The notes beneath the pieces were generated by a model. The model did no database searches. It was not told the DNA's origin and saw only the letters and a list, made by a program, of their open reading frames with translations. The position numbers and the translations under genes were made by a program. Source: Euglena gracilis (Eukaryota). Taken from it: DNA of 64,000 nt. Shown here piece by piece: positions 22,650 to 35,962 of this stretch. Positions within the stretch are counted from its first letter, which is position 1. Each line of letters begins with the position of its first letter. The stretch is from assembly GCA_039621445.1 (NCBI GenBank), contig CP154954.1, positions 32,775,455-32,839,454 of the forward strand, in the 5' to 3' direction.

Positions 22650-25600
22650 CCCAGTTCATTTCTCTCTTCTTTTTCTACAACTCATAAAGCAACCTTTTCT
22701 CGCCAGATGCAAGACCCACCCGCCCCTCATACAGTACGCTCTCCCTCCCTACCCCCCACACGCTTGTGCGGCGGCCCCAGCAGCCCAAGGGGCGCCTGCG
22801 TATGCGGTATACCACCCACCTCCTGCCGCCTATGCGTCCGAGGCACAAATTCCACCCCCTACTCAAATGGTTCAGGCACGAATGCCATTCCCCTCTCAAG
22901 CTCAAATGCCGCCCCCCTCTCAGGCGCAAACGTTACCTTCCTCTCATTCGGCCCCTGCGCCAATGGGAGCTGCATAAGCGGCACACCCTCAACAGACACA
23001 TCAAGTACCAATGGAACAACCACCACCTCAGCAGGTACACCAGGTTCCAATGGAACAGCAACAGTATGTGAGGCAGGGACAGGAAAAAGGAGCAATAATA
23101 AAGGCAGGTGAACGAGAAAATGCATCTTTTTCAATGCCCCTCCTTGAACTCCCTGCAATCCAACCCTGCTTCCCCAGCCCCCTCCAGGTACCCCGGTCCC
23201 CCCGCCCTCCCCCCTCCCAGGCCCCGGCACTGCATTTGGTCTCGCAGACACAGGTCGAAAAAGGGGGGGGATTATCCTTACCCAGCTCAGCAACCCTGAC
23301 TTATAAAATCCTCCCTTGGGCCAACCAACCAAGACGACGGATAACCCCTCCCCCCCACCTGGTGAAGAAAACAAAAGAAAGGGTTCAGGGACGAATTCTT
23401 TTCTTTTTGCTGCAAAGACCCAAAACTGAGTTCTTTGCAATTGTTTTTTGGCGGCCCGCGAATATTCGCCTCCAACGGGGCAGGCGCATTACGCCATGCC
23501 TGCTCCCTCACCTCCCATACTGTATACAACAAAGTATGTCATTACGCAGCAACCCCAACCCCAACGTACAGGGTGTGCCACCACACCCTGTACACGCCGT
23601 ACGGGCGATGGCCCCCCTCCTGCTGCTCATCCCGCCTGGGAACCCGTGGCCCAAACCTGCGGAGCGTGCTCGACTTCAGAAAATTGTCGACGATACGCGA
23701 GACAGACTCCGCAACCCCACTTAAATCGATCCGCCTAGAGGCGAACCCCTCCCTATTAATAGCCCACCGCTATTGGTGGACATGCAGGATCAACCTGCAG
23801 CATACCCAGCAGTCAAAATGGCTTAGGCCCCACAGGAATTGCTTGGCAGAGGAAGCGATATGAATCCTACCTTTTTGGGCCCCTGTTTTGCATCCCATCT
23901 CAGCTCCCGTGCTGGGAAACAAGCTAGGAAAGAGATTGCCCGATGGGAAGCCTGATTGGGCAAAGGAAAAGGCAGAGGTGCACCCAAGCGAGCACCTACT
24001 GTAGGCCAAAAAGGCAAAGGCAGAGGCCAAAAAAGCCAATACCGGAACCTCTATGAAGACGACATGGAAGCTCTATTCGGGCACATCCGAAGCATTCATG
24101 ACCTCACATTCGAGGCCATGCGGAAATTCCAAAACGAACTTAACCTTCCCCTTCTGGTCGCCTCCCCCGTCATGGCTGTGACCAGAGAGCTCTATACGCA
24201 GCGCAATCGCGAGATCCACCATGATGGAACTTTATATGCCTTTGAGGGCAACGTCATCACCGGTCCCACACTGCACAATCTGCCGGGTTTCTGGCTCGTT
24301 TGGTTCTGGGCGAAATACCCCACCCATAATTTTGCCAGGTACCTGAACTCCTGTGGTTGCCCTTACCTGGACTGTCGTCGAGAAGACCGATACAATACAG
24401 GTAAAGACCTACTGCGACAGTTATTCGACTGCATTCGCAGTATAGGCCCAAAAGGCCTGGATTGAGAGATCTACCCACTGCCTGAAAATATCGCCAGACC
24501 TTTTACAGCAATCTGCAAGCCTTCTACCACCGGCAATATGCCTATCACTTCGAAGTGGTCGATATTCACCTTCGATTCCCCCAGACGTATATCGTACGAT
24601 GTTCCCACTGCTACGAAAAGTTTGCAGTGGACTTCTGGGGATTCGGAGTACGCAGTACTCAACCACAGGCCGAAGGCCAGGATGAGGAAGGCCAACAGGC
24701 CAATGTCCCGCAGGCGGCACCAAAGCGCATCACGCTCTTGCACCTTTGTAAAAATCCAAAGGATGTGCATAAAAGCTCGAATGGGCGTTTGCCGATATGG
24801 CAAACACAAAAAGCCTAAGGCTAAACCCTCAGCCGAAGGCACCTGCAAGCCCGCTGAAAGGCAGCGGGATGATGAGCCACCACCACCTGGTGGAAATGGC
24901 TCTGGATCAGGCCATAGGCCCACGTTACCCATGGCCAGCTATGTGGCTGCAACATCTACGGGGGCTAAGAGCAAACCCACAATCAGATCGATACGATCAA
25001 ATGTCCCACACGAGGCCAATGAGCCATTTTGGACTGAGGACGTATTGTCCAGAGTAGACCCCCTCCAGACTCGCCAGGCTAGGATCCATATGATCCGAAA
25101 CAGCAATGATCCCCGGCTGAACAAGTGGATCAAACCTCTGTTTCACAAGGATCGACCAGGTGTTTTCACGACCAGCCACACTTGGCGCTTTTGTATTGCC
25201 AAATCCCTACTGGGTCTTCGCCCAAAATTTTTGAGGAAATTTCGTCCTGGATTTCCAGGAAAATGATCCACTATTGTGGTTATGTACAGCATGCCATAGG
25301 CTTCGAAACGACATGCCCGCAGTGCGTTATCTGCACACGTAACCCGGACAGCATAAGCTTCCACTATGACGCATATGTGCGCAATTGCGCAGCATTGGTT
25401 TGTGTGAACGCCTATTGGCATTGTCAAATATGGACAATTTCCGCTGGACGGAAAATGCTTACGATAAGGACATTCCTGTCCGTTGCCTCAACTGCCTACA
25501 GGCAGATTTCTGGTTACCTGCAGATGGCAGTATGACTAGAGTCATACTACAAAATGAAGACCACCTGGTCAAATTCAAACAGAACTATAAGTCCCAGATC

Positions 25601-26132
25601 TATTTTTATCAGTTCCAGAAAATCAAAGCTGTACACGGCTACCGCACAGGCGGAATCGCCAAAGATTTTCATCTCGACAGCGCAGCTGTCCGACTCGCAG
25701 TTGAGTCTGCAGGACTGGCCAAAGTGCCAATATACTGCTCAGGACTCCGATTGGGATAGGGTGATATACCCACTTTTTCAGGCACAAACCCTGCCAAACC
25801 AATCAGGTTATACATTCCTGTTGCCTGAATTCATCCCTGAGGCCTACAAACTGTCATTTGCTGATTGGGCAAGAGAAAGTTTAAGGCCATTCACAATACG
25901 AGCGCGAGGCGCAGGTTGGCATTGCAAGGCAGATCCTGCCGTTTACCCGGGAATACCCCCACAAGTTCAATGCAACCACCCCCGCCTCAATTTTTGGATC
26001 TGGCCGGCAACGTTGCCACTTTTCTTCTGGGATAACCTCCAGAATTTTCTTCTCCGAGAAGCAAACAGGTACCAGTTTTGGGGACGTGTACCAGGCAGCT
26101 GTAAGGCCATGGTATTGTGTATGTGGGTATAA
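22650..26132 (+). pseudogene. Decayed extra ORF region downstream of Gypsy pol (Pro/Gln-rich then Cys-rich, unknown function)
   Basis: A chain of overlapping + strand protein-like fragments with CxxC motifs (RCSHC, CPQC, RCLNC), broken by frameshifts. Confidence 0.5.
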
Positions 26133-28971
26133 GCCTACGACCAGATATATCTCTCAGCCCCATACACAATACTATGCTAGGTGGTATTCCTAAAGATGGC
26201 CAACGGCTTGAATTAGGAATACCTAGCCCTTTAGAGCAAAACCTCATTCTGGTTCTCTCTCCACAGGTGGTATTCTATTTTATTATTCTTGTCTTCACTT
26301 GATTTCAAGTTTTAATTTGTTTTCTGAAGTCCAGAAAGGACAGCCCAGTCACTTGGCATTCTTTTTTGTTGCCCATAGGGCTCTTCCGCCTGCCTTGTGC
26401 TCTGCTGTCTTAAGTGGGGAAAAGGGCTTTCAACTTTTCTATTTTATTATTTTTTCTCGTTACTCCAACTTTTACCTTTGCGCACCAAAGGGCGAAAACC
26501 AGGAAAGGTTAGACGTACACTCCCAGCCCCCAGACGAAAAATGACCCACAGTGGCCCTTTTTGGAGGGAGGGGAAGAAACCCCTCCATCAATTATTTCTC
26601 AATTATTCCCATCAAGGGGGGGGGCCCACAGAGGCCCCCCTGTGGTATGTCAACCAACCACGTCAACATGGAGAAGACCAGATATGCCAAACAGGGGCAT
26701 TAAGCCCTATGGTAGGTCTTAGAGGGAGAGAGTGCATGCACATCGCCCCAGAAAAAATATTCCCAAGCCCGCAGAAAAGCCCGCAGAAAAAAGCCTGCAG
26801 AAAAAAGGCCCCAATCCCGCAGGGGACGTAGGGGTGCAATGTCCCACACCCCCAGCCCAGCCCCCAATTGTCCACCCACCCAAAACCCAGAGCAAATTTG
26901 AGTCAACCCCAAGCAGAAAAAATACTGCAGGATTACGAAAAATCTGGATTCGTAAAGAGGGTGAAGGATTCAACCACCCAGCACCTGATCCCCTGGTTTC
27001 TAATTTTAAAACCAGAGGGGGGGCAGACAAAATGCAGATTAATAAGCGTTTGCAGGGAGTAAAATCAAAGGTTACAAGTGAAAACTTTCAAGCTGGATCA
27101 CATCCAACGCATTTCTCCAGTGTTTGAAAAGGCCACTGGGCAGCAAAAATAGACCTAGAAGATGCTTACTTCCACACAGTGAGCCATTTCTAAGACATCA
27201 GGTAGGGAGGGAGACCTGGGATTTCCAGGCAGGCTGTTTTGGCCTGAATGTAATGCCCCAAATTTTCATGTCGGTAATGAAAACAGTCGAAAAGCCGTAG
27301 AGGAAAAGGGGAATCCAGATATTTATTTACCTGGACAACATTTTACTGGTGGCCCCAACACAAAATGTCTTGCAAAATCACCTGAACACAGTGGTCAGGT
27401 ATTTAATCAAATCAGGATTCAAAATCAATGTAAAAAACTTCACCCTGCAACCCACCCAAATCGTAAAAAATCATCCTGGATTTCAACTAAACTTCCAGGA
27501 GGAAAAATTGAAGGTGCCCCCCAGAAAATAAAAACAGTAAAAAGGAGCTGAGAAAAATGGTGAAAAAGTTTTCATGTCAAAAAGGCAAGTGGCTGCCATT
27601 TTGGGCCAAATAAGATGCAATCTAATGGCCCAGCCCTTTTTTAGGGCCTTTACGGATGCCCTGGCAATTTTTTTGGTTGAAAATTCCACAGCCCCCTGGG
27701 ACTCAAAACACCCCATTTCCCAAAGAATAAAGGACCAATTAAGAGAAATAAACTTTCTGCTGGACACCTGGGTGGGCAGACCCTTCCCCCAAAGTGCAAC
27801 CAGGGAGTTGCACTGGTACAGAAGCACACATGCCTGGGGAGGGCTGGACATACGCACAGGAGAAATTGTGTGCAAGAATTTTGGAGAAAGACTCCACTTT
27901 GCAGATAAATATAAAGGAGCTGAGTGCAGCAATAAGCACAGTACAAAGCCTCAGCGAGCCAGGAGAAACTGTGTCCCTGTCAGTGGACAATCAAGTAATT
28001 TTCTATAACTTAACAAAGGGGGGGGGGCAGCAAAGACCCCTTCAATTGTACGCTAAGACCATTTTTCAAATGGTGAACGGTACACAACATAAACCTGCAA
28101 GTAAAGTGGGTCCCGACAAAGTAATGCCTAGAGGACCCCATAAGCAGGTGGGAAATGGACAGGGGGATTATTCCCTGCACCCCCACCTTTTTCAATGGCT
28201 GAGGCAGCAGTTTCCAAAATTGCGTAAGCCTAAAAAAAGACCTTTTTGCCTCACCAGGAAACAAAAAACTGCCACAATTTGTGACCACGTGGACCCACTT
28301 GGAAGCCACAGCAGTGGATGCTTTACAACGTCCCCTGGACAACATGGGGAATCTTTATGCAAACCTCCCCTGGTCTGTAATTCAAAATTTTCTCCCCAGA
28401 TTAAAAATGTTTCCACAGGCCAAAGTTTCGATGGTCACCCTCTACCGGGATTAAGCCACAGGGTGGCCCCAGTTAATAAAAATGAAAGTACCAGGGACCC
28501 CCTGCCTGAGAATCACCCTTACAAGGGTATGTTGACCAATTTCAGGGGGAAAAAAGTGCCACCCCTCAGGTGGCCCCTCCTTTGCATGATTTGCTCAGGC
28601 AAATTCTAGAGGCGAAACAAATACAAAAAACAACCATTAACGATTTCCCAGGAAGAAGCCCCAGTATAAAGAGTTATCAAAGCACCTTTACGCTTTTATG
28701 GGTGATTTTGGAGGAAATGGGGGTACCCCCCCCTGAAGCCACCACTGACCAAGTGGTAGACGCTTTAATTCAACTGTTTCAATTGTCAAAGGCCCAAGCA
28801 CGCAATGCATGCAGTACTATGCTTTTGATCCCTGGCTTTGGTGGCATGGGGTTCCATGCCATGTTGGCACCTTATAAAAGGCTTTGGAACCAAAATTTGG
28901 AGAAATATGGCACATTCTGGGATCCCCACCCAATCCTCCCGGGGCTGGCACAGTCCCCCTGCCCTCTAATA

Positions 28972-29678
28972 CAGTGAAGACAAAAATTGCAGCAGACAAA
29001 AAATACGGGAAAAAAATTTACGGGAAAAAATTACGGGAAAATTTTGCTGTTGAGAAAGTTAATTATGGGAAGATTTTCATTCTGGAAAACAACAGAAGAT
29101 AAATTTTCAGTTTTTTACAATTTTTTTTCTTTTTGAGCGAAAACACCTTTTGAAAATGCTTTTTTTTGCAGATGTTTTTTGCAATGGACTCCATGGCATT
29201 CACCCGTACAGTTTTGCAATAAGTCTCCGAATTATGTGGGAGTCGGTCAATCTGGGATGACACATATACCAAAGTTGTGACCGACCGGGCTAGACAATTT
29301 GACATCAAAGGTTGCTAGTTGGGGGATGGTCCAGTGTGTCCAGATAATTTCACCACATCAGACTTCTGGCCAAAACCAACTTTTCAGTCTTGAGGGGTCT
29401 TCTTCCCAAACTTCCCCACACAGCACCCCAGAAGACAAGACTTGGTACTTGAATACAGTTCAGAGTCCCACGCAAACTTGTACACTGTTTGCCAGCTTGC
29501 CTGTGAAAAATGTAATTCCCCAAAATCTCTGTGAGGCAATTCCTAATTTCTGCTGGCTTCTCTTACAAAAATAAATCTCAAATCTGGCCCGCGCTCACAC
29601 CCCCCTTCCCAAAAACAATTGCCAAGCAATTGTCCAAAACGGAAGTAAAAAAATGAGCGGGCCGGAGATAAAAATTCA

Positions 29679-29709
<31 letters not shown>

Positions 29710-32552
29710 CAGCAGCGACATGGCAAAGTGGCGAATGGCGGTTCTCGAATTTAAATTGTAAAAGCTTCGAATCCACAGATAATTGTAAACATGTCCAAAT
29801 CCACAGATAAATACCATGTGGGGCCCGCCTACCTCCACCCCAGCCTTTCCAGCCGGGGCTTCGGCGACCCCCGCCGAGCCAAACCGGAGCCCCCTTGAAG
29901 CGGCCCAGCACCGAACGGGGAGGCGGCACACACCACAGCCACAACAGCAGCAACAGGCAGACGAACTCGAAGATGGTCACCAGATGTGCATTTGTAGGGC
30001 TGTTGCACAACCCTGATCACTGTTTTTTACGAGGTCAGGCTCCTCGCGCCGAAATCTCCAGGGGGAACTTGACCAATGACGTTGAAACTTGACATCTTGA
30101 ACTTGGGAACTTGAAATCTTGGACATCACACCTTGGCTCCTCCACAGATTAACCTTGGGAACTTGAAAACTTGAAAATGATGACATAACTCCTTCACAGA
30201 TTGACCTTGGGAAATTGAAATCTTGAAATGACAACTCTCTTCCTCCAAGATTCCTTGGGATCTTGAACTTGAACTTGACATCTTGACTTGAACTTGACCC
30301 TGAAATGACATCTTGATAGACATTTTGTATATTGAGATAGATTATTGATGATGAGGGCGGGCTGTGATTGACATTCGTCTGTCCTTCAGCCCAGGCTCCA
30401 ACCAAGACCCACAGCAGCACCAACTCCAGGATCACCCGCTGCTAGATTGATCTGGAGAGTTGATCATGGTGGCCCAACACAGCATCTCACTGTGTGCCAA
30501 CTGGTGTCTTCCTCTGCCTTGTCCCACTTCTGCTGCTGAGCTGGCCCGCCACTTCCATGACATTTCACTTCTGAGTGTCTCCCGGCTTCACAGGTACGTT
30601 TGTACGGGGCTTTTCTGCACTGCAAATCTCATACAAGTTTGTGCTAGTTGGGGGATGGTCCAGTGTGTCCAGATAATTTCACCACATCAGACTTCTGGCC
30701 AAAACCAACTTTTCAGTCTTGAGGGGTCTTCTTCCCAAACTTCCCCACACAGCACCCAGAAGACAAGACTTGGTACTTGAATACAGTTCAGAGTCCCACG
30801 CAAACTTGTACACTGTTTGCCAGCTTGCCTGTGAAAAATGTAATTCCCCAAAATCTGTGTGAGGCAATTCCTAATCTCTGCTGTCATCTCTTTCAAAATA
30901 AGTCTCAAATTTGGCCCGCGGTCACACCCCCCTTCCCAAAAACAATTGCCAAGCGATTGTCCAAAACGGAAGTAAAAAAATGAGCGGGCCGGAGATAAAA
31001 ATTCAACACACACACACACACACACACACACAGGCAGCAGCGACATGGCAAAGTGGCGAATGGCGGTTCTCGAATTTAAATTGTAAAAGCTTCGAATCCA
31101 CAGATAATTGTAAACATGTCCAAATCCACAGATAAATACCATGTGGGGCCCGCCTACCTCCACCCCAGCCTTTCCAGCCGGGGCTTCGGCGACCCCCGCC
31201 GAGCCAAACCGGAGCCCCCTTGAAGCGGCCCAGCACCGAACGGGGAGGCGGCACACACCACAGCCATCACAGCAGCAACAGGCAGACGAACTCGAAGATG
31301 GTCACCAGATGTGCATTTGTAGGGCTGTTGCACAACCCTGATCACTGTTTTTTACGAGGTCAGGCTCCACGCGCCGAAATCTCCAGGGGGAACTTGACCA
31401 ATGACGTTGAAACTTGACATCTTGAACTTGGGAACTTGAAATCTTGGACATCACACCTTGGCTCCTCCACAGATTAACCTTGGGAACTTGAAAACTTGAA
31501 AATGATGACATAACTCCTTCACAGATTGACCTTGGGAAATTGAAATCTTGAAATGACAACTCTCTTCCTCCACAGATTCCTTGGGATCTTGAACTTGAAC
31601 TTGACATCTTGACTTGAACTTGACCCTGAAATGACATCTTGATAGACATTTTGTATATTGAGATAGATTATTGATGATGAGGGCGGGCTGTGATTGACAT
31701 TCGTCTGTCCTTCAGCCCAGGCTCCAACCAAGACCCACAGCAGCACCAACTCCAGGATCACCCGCTGCTAGATTGATCTGGAGAGTTGATCATGGTGGCC
31801 CAACACAGCATCTCACTGTGTGCCAACTGGTGTCTTCCTCTGCCTTGTCCCCCTTCTGCTGCTGAGCTGGCCCGCCACTTCCATGACATTTCACTTCTGA
31901 GTGTCTCCCGGCTTCACAGGTACGTTTGTACGGGGCTTTTCTGCACTGCAAATCTCATACAAGTTTGTGCTAGTTGGGGGATGGTCCAGTGTGTCCAGAT
32001 AATTTCACCACATCAGACTTCTGGCCAAAACCAACTTTTCAGTCTTGAGGGGTCTTCTTCCCAAACTTCCCCACACAGCACCCCAGAAGACAAGACTTGT
32101 TACTTGAATACAGTTCAGAGTCCCACGCAAACTTGTACACTGTTTGCCAGCTTTCCTGTGAAAAATGTAATTCCCCAAAATCTCTGTGAGGCAATTCCTA
32201 ATTTCTGCTGGCTTCTCTTACAAAAATAAATCTCAAATCTGGCCCGCGCTCACACTCCCCTTCCCGACAATTTGGCATCAAAGGTGCCATTGATCGTCAC
32301 CAGAAGGGGGAACACAAGGCCAGGGGGGTTGTTTTTCTTACCAAACCTCTGCAGTTTGCCCCATTTAGACCTTGGACAGTGTTCTCTGTCCAATGGAACT
32401 TTCACTCTTTGGTTTGTGTTTTGCGAACCTCTTTGGAGTCACCACATATGAAGGGCGTAGGAAAGGTACGCCGACACAAATTTTGGGGAAAAAATTTAGG
32501 GAAATCGGGTGTTTCCCATAATTTTTGTCTCCCGTAATTTTTGTCCGCACTG
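28972..32552. mobile_element. Tc1/mariner-like non-autonomous TIR element inserted in the DIRS C recombinase
   Basis: TA|cagtgaagacaaaaatt ... aatttttgtccgcactg|TA; removal restores the sequence seen in copies A and B (ctaaTAtatgtacatt). Confidence 0.85.
29313..32265. repeat. ~2.2 tandem copies of a ~1.33-kb unit (starts 29313, 30642, 31968) flanked by a 20-bp direct repeat
   Basis: Direct comparison of the units; flanks gacaatttg(a/g)catcaaaggt at 29293-29312 and 32266-32285; units contain (CA)n and an acttga-type minisatellite. Confidence 0.9.
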
Positions 32553-33639
32553 TATATGTACATTGCGTACACAACTGATTTTCTGTTCACGAATACTCTG
32601 TTTATACAGAAGTTCTGATTTGGCACAGGTCCAAAGAAACACCAGTGCGTTGGGGGGGCACCCTACATCAAAATCAAACGTAAAGGTCAAGAGAGTTGTC
32701 TCCGTTCCACAGTGCCCCCAAATCAGTACCTTTCAGTTGACGATGCCTTGTGTGACAGCAACACGTTTCTTTATAAAACCTGGGGGCCCCTGTTAATTAC
32801 ACTGAAACGCCCTATAAAGCCATTAAGGCCGATACCATTGCTTCTATCACGAAAAAGAATTTTTTACCAAACAGGGGGTACCCCCTGGTTTTGGGGACCC
32901 CACTCCACCGAGGGGCAGGGGTTGGTTTGCTCAAAAATTTGGGCCTTTCTGCCCAAGAAATTGTGAAATTGGTCAGTGGAAAGGGGTGGAGGCTTTTACA
33001 GCCCACTATCAAAGACTTGGTGTCCCAAGGTGCTTTGGAGAATGCCCTGGCCCCCCTTTTTCAGTGCACAATCTGGCCTCACAGTGGCAAAGTGCGGAGC
33101 CCGAGGTGTCTCGTACTCCCTTAAGGCAAGCCGACCATGGAGGAAGGGACACTGAGGGCGAAGCACAAAGACATTGTGAGCACGACCCCCCCCCACCCAC
33201 ATAAAAATATTTGTCTTCAAACGCTCGGTCAGAAGATGGGGGCCGAGGGGGGAGAAGGGGAGGAACCCCCCGCAGTGAAAATGACAGCGCCATGGTCGCC
33301 ACGTCGGAGACAATGCAACCAACTCCGGCGAGGCGGCACTATGCAGGGACTCCTAACCCAGCGCACCAGAACAATCACAACAAACCGCCGGCAAGCAAGG
33401 CATAGCCTCACAATCTCTTTGTGCTTCACCCTCGATGTCCCTTCCTCCCTTGTCGGCTTGCCTCGAAGGAGTACGAGTTCATCTTCACGGGACAGTGTCC
33501 AATCGTCCGATTCTGACTCCGCTGGCCAATCTTCTTGTGATTGAACCATGCCTCCTCTTTCTCAAACCGGGCGAGCCGGCACATCAGCATACCTCCGATC
33601 CCTTTTCGTTGCCACAGTTGCGCATTCAAGAGAGGCCCC

Positions 33640-33790
33640 CCAAGGGTAAAGTGACTTGCTGGTTTTTTTCTGAGTGAAAAATGACCACCCCTCCCGCCCG
33701 GGGGTCACTAAGCAATGGTATGGAAGGGACACCGAGGGCGAAGCAGACAGACCTTTTCAGAAGCCAAAGTGCGGAGCCGGGGTGTCCTTT
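33640..33790. mobile_element. Remnants: one TIR of the cataccattgctta MITE family, plus DIRS ICR/ITR-like fragments
   Basis: taagcaatggtatg at ~33709-33722; gaagggacaccgagggcgaagca and caaagtgcggagccggggtgtcc match the DIRS terminal sequences. Confidence 0.55.
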
Positions 33791-35962
33791 GGACCCCCCT
33801 TGCTCCACACTTTGGCTTGATGCGTCTTTTCTTGCCAGCTATTGCTCTTTGGTTTCCTTGCCTCGCGTCTTTCCTTGACGACGTTCTTCTCCTGGTCGTG
33901 CCGCCAAATTCGGCCTCAGCTGGTTGGAGGAAGGCCCTCGGTCAATTTGGCGATGAGGTTCCTCTCCACGTCCTTCTTGATTTTGGAAACTTGGCTGATC
34001 GCAATCTTCACCAAGTGGGCAGTTCTTTTTGTGTGTCTCTTGCTCGAAAAACTTTCCGAAAAGGCAGCACACCATCACCATCTTGAAAGCTTGGTTGAAG
34101 TGTACTGGAACCGCGGTTGGTAGCAAGAAAAGCATCAAAGAGGCTGCTCCAGATCAGCGTTGTGGCCTTTTTGAAGGCGGAATTTGCAACCTACCGAGAC
34201 TCGTGCCGCATGACATTGAGTTCCCAAAGTTGGAAGGCGCACCTCAGGTGGCCAAGGCCCCTTCGCCATTGCGACGGCCGTGGGCCGCAGACTGAGAGGA
34301 GTCACCTGGAAGGAACCAGGCGAAGGACCACAAGCCATAGGACACCAAGTTCACCTTGGGCGAGGTGGAGGCCCAAGACCCAAAGATTCCAATCGTTCGA
34401 CTTTTCTGCCCCCCCCCTTGGCCACTGATTGTAAAATGCTCGGTTGTTCACTGACCAAGTCACTGTTTCCCTTGGCTCTCTGAAGCCCTTTTCCTGTGCT
34501 AATTGCTGCGTAATGTTCTTTTAAATTTTTGTGCAAAACAGCGTTTTCACTGCAACGTTCCTGTGCAATTTTGCTAGTGTGGATGCCCAACCCCCCAAGC
34601 CTCGGATGCTTTTTTCTGAGGTGAAATCCCTTGGTCAGTTTTTGGGGAAGGGTCTGCCCCAGGTGTTCGTTTGTTTATTTTACGCCATTGAATATAATAG
34701 AGTGGTACGTTTTTGGTGCCAAGGGTTGTAGCACCCAGAATTTCTCAGGGCTGCCGCTATATGTTGGAATTTCATTGCCGAATTTGATTTGAACCTTAAT
34801 TTTAGCACAACCCTGACCACTTCGTTCAGGTGATTTCTAAAAATGTCTTCGATCGGGGCCTCCGAAAATTCGTCCGCGTACATGCACACCTGTGTGCCCG
34901 GCTGTTTAGCTTGTTCCCTTTACCCAAAAAAATTTGGGCATCACGGTCAGTCCAAAGCAACCGTCCCTGAAACTCCGCGGTCTCCCCCCCAGCCTGATGT
35001 GCTAGCAAAGGTATGGCGGCTCGGTGAAATGAAGGTGGACCCAGCCCGGCGGGCTGGCGACGACCGGGCGCGGCTGCTGAGCTCTGATCTTTGAAAGAAA
35101 GAGCGAGTCCTACTGCCGCGGGTGGGCAATGAGATTTCCCCCCCCAAACCCACTGAAAAAAAACTGTGCAGTGAAGCCGATGGCGTCGGAAATTGTTGGC
35201 CAATGTTTTTCCTGCACATTCCTGTGGCTCATTTCCTTCACAAAGCCGATTTCCCTTGAATTGCAGGGGAACCAACCACCCCTGGGGTCTGTGGAACCCA
35301 TTTTTGCACAAAGTCGGCGGGCAGGAACATTTTGCCACGTTTGCACACCCCAGGATTCCAAAATGATGTCGATGCAGAACATAAAACCAAAAGTTCCAAA
35401 TCGCCACAAGAGAGCGCTCAGATGTCAGCAACAAACTCACCCAAACGCTTTCGGAACTGTGCCACGCGCTCAGGGCTATCGGAGTGGCTGAGTTTGGCTT
35501 TGATGTCGGGGTGGTTCGGAGTTGGTTGAGGGATTGGTCTTTGACGGTGGTCAGCTTCACACTTGAAGCCCCAGACAGATGAAGAAATTCCCATCCCTCA
35601 GTTATCAAACCGCTGGATCTCAAGAATTAAAAAATATACAGGAAATTGGGCAAAGAAATCTGGCATTCTTCGGTGAGAACAGGTCGACATCAGAGAAAAA
35701 AATTGATTCTTGTCATCCTTGGACCATCGCCCATCCACCCAAATCATAAAAGTGTGTTTTTTGGACTTTTTAATTTTGGACCCCGTTTAAGTCCCAGTCC
35801 GGCCCTTGGTCGGCCCTTTGGCCGAAAGGGGGGCGGTCCTTAAGAAAATAAAAAAAAAACTTTTCTGTCCCTTAAGGACTGCCCTGTCGGGAACCCCACC
35901 AAAAAGATGAAAATCTTTCCAAAACCAACTCTAAATAATAATAAAAACCCTGCAAATTGACC

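Larger units (their letters stand above)
16000..26519 (+). mobile_element. Ty3/Gypsy chromovirus-like retrotransposon (decayed; 5' boundary uncertain, no LTR pair seen)
   Basis: Domain order MTase-like / RT / RNase H / integrase / chromodomain, followed by an extra ORF region. Candidate lone LTR TGTAC...GTACA at 26087-26519. Confidence 0.8.
14963..33477 (+). mobile_element. DIRS-type element copy C (possibly a composite of two subfamilies), interrupted by the Gypsy and Tc1-like insertions
   Basis: Diverged left ITR at 14963 and gag-like ORF fragments 15101-15965. DIRS sequence resumes ~26520: RT ~27000-27500 (DLEDAYFH; IYLDNILL), RNase H, MTase (YANLPW), YR 28590-28971 + 32553-33120. ICR 33074-33180; right end gagtacgag at 33477. 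Confidence 0.75.

Noticed and set aside
30567-30595. ttctgagtgtct followed 13 nt later by a GT donor in the tandem unit, resembling the Euglena spliced-leader exon
   Set aside because: Only ~12 nt match. The conserved T-rich 3' half of the SL is missing and no 5S gene is in the unit, so chance or an ordinary exon end is more likely.
29313-30641. Possible hammerhead ribozyme / retrozyme in the tandem unit
   Set aside because: No CTGANGA core was found on either strand by eye (the closest is ctgatca).
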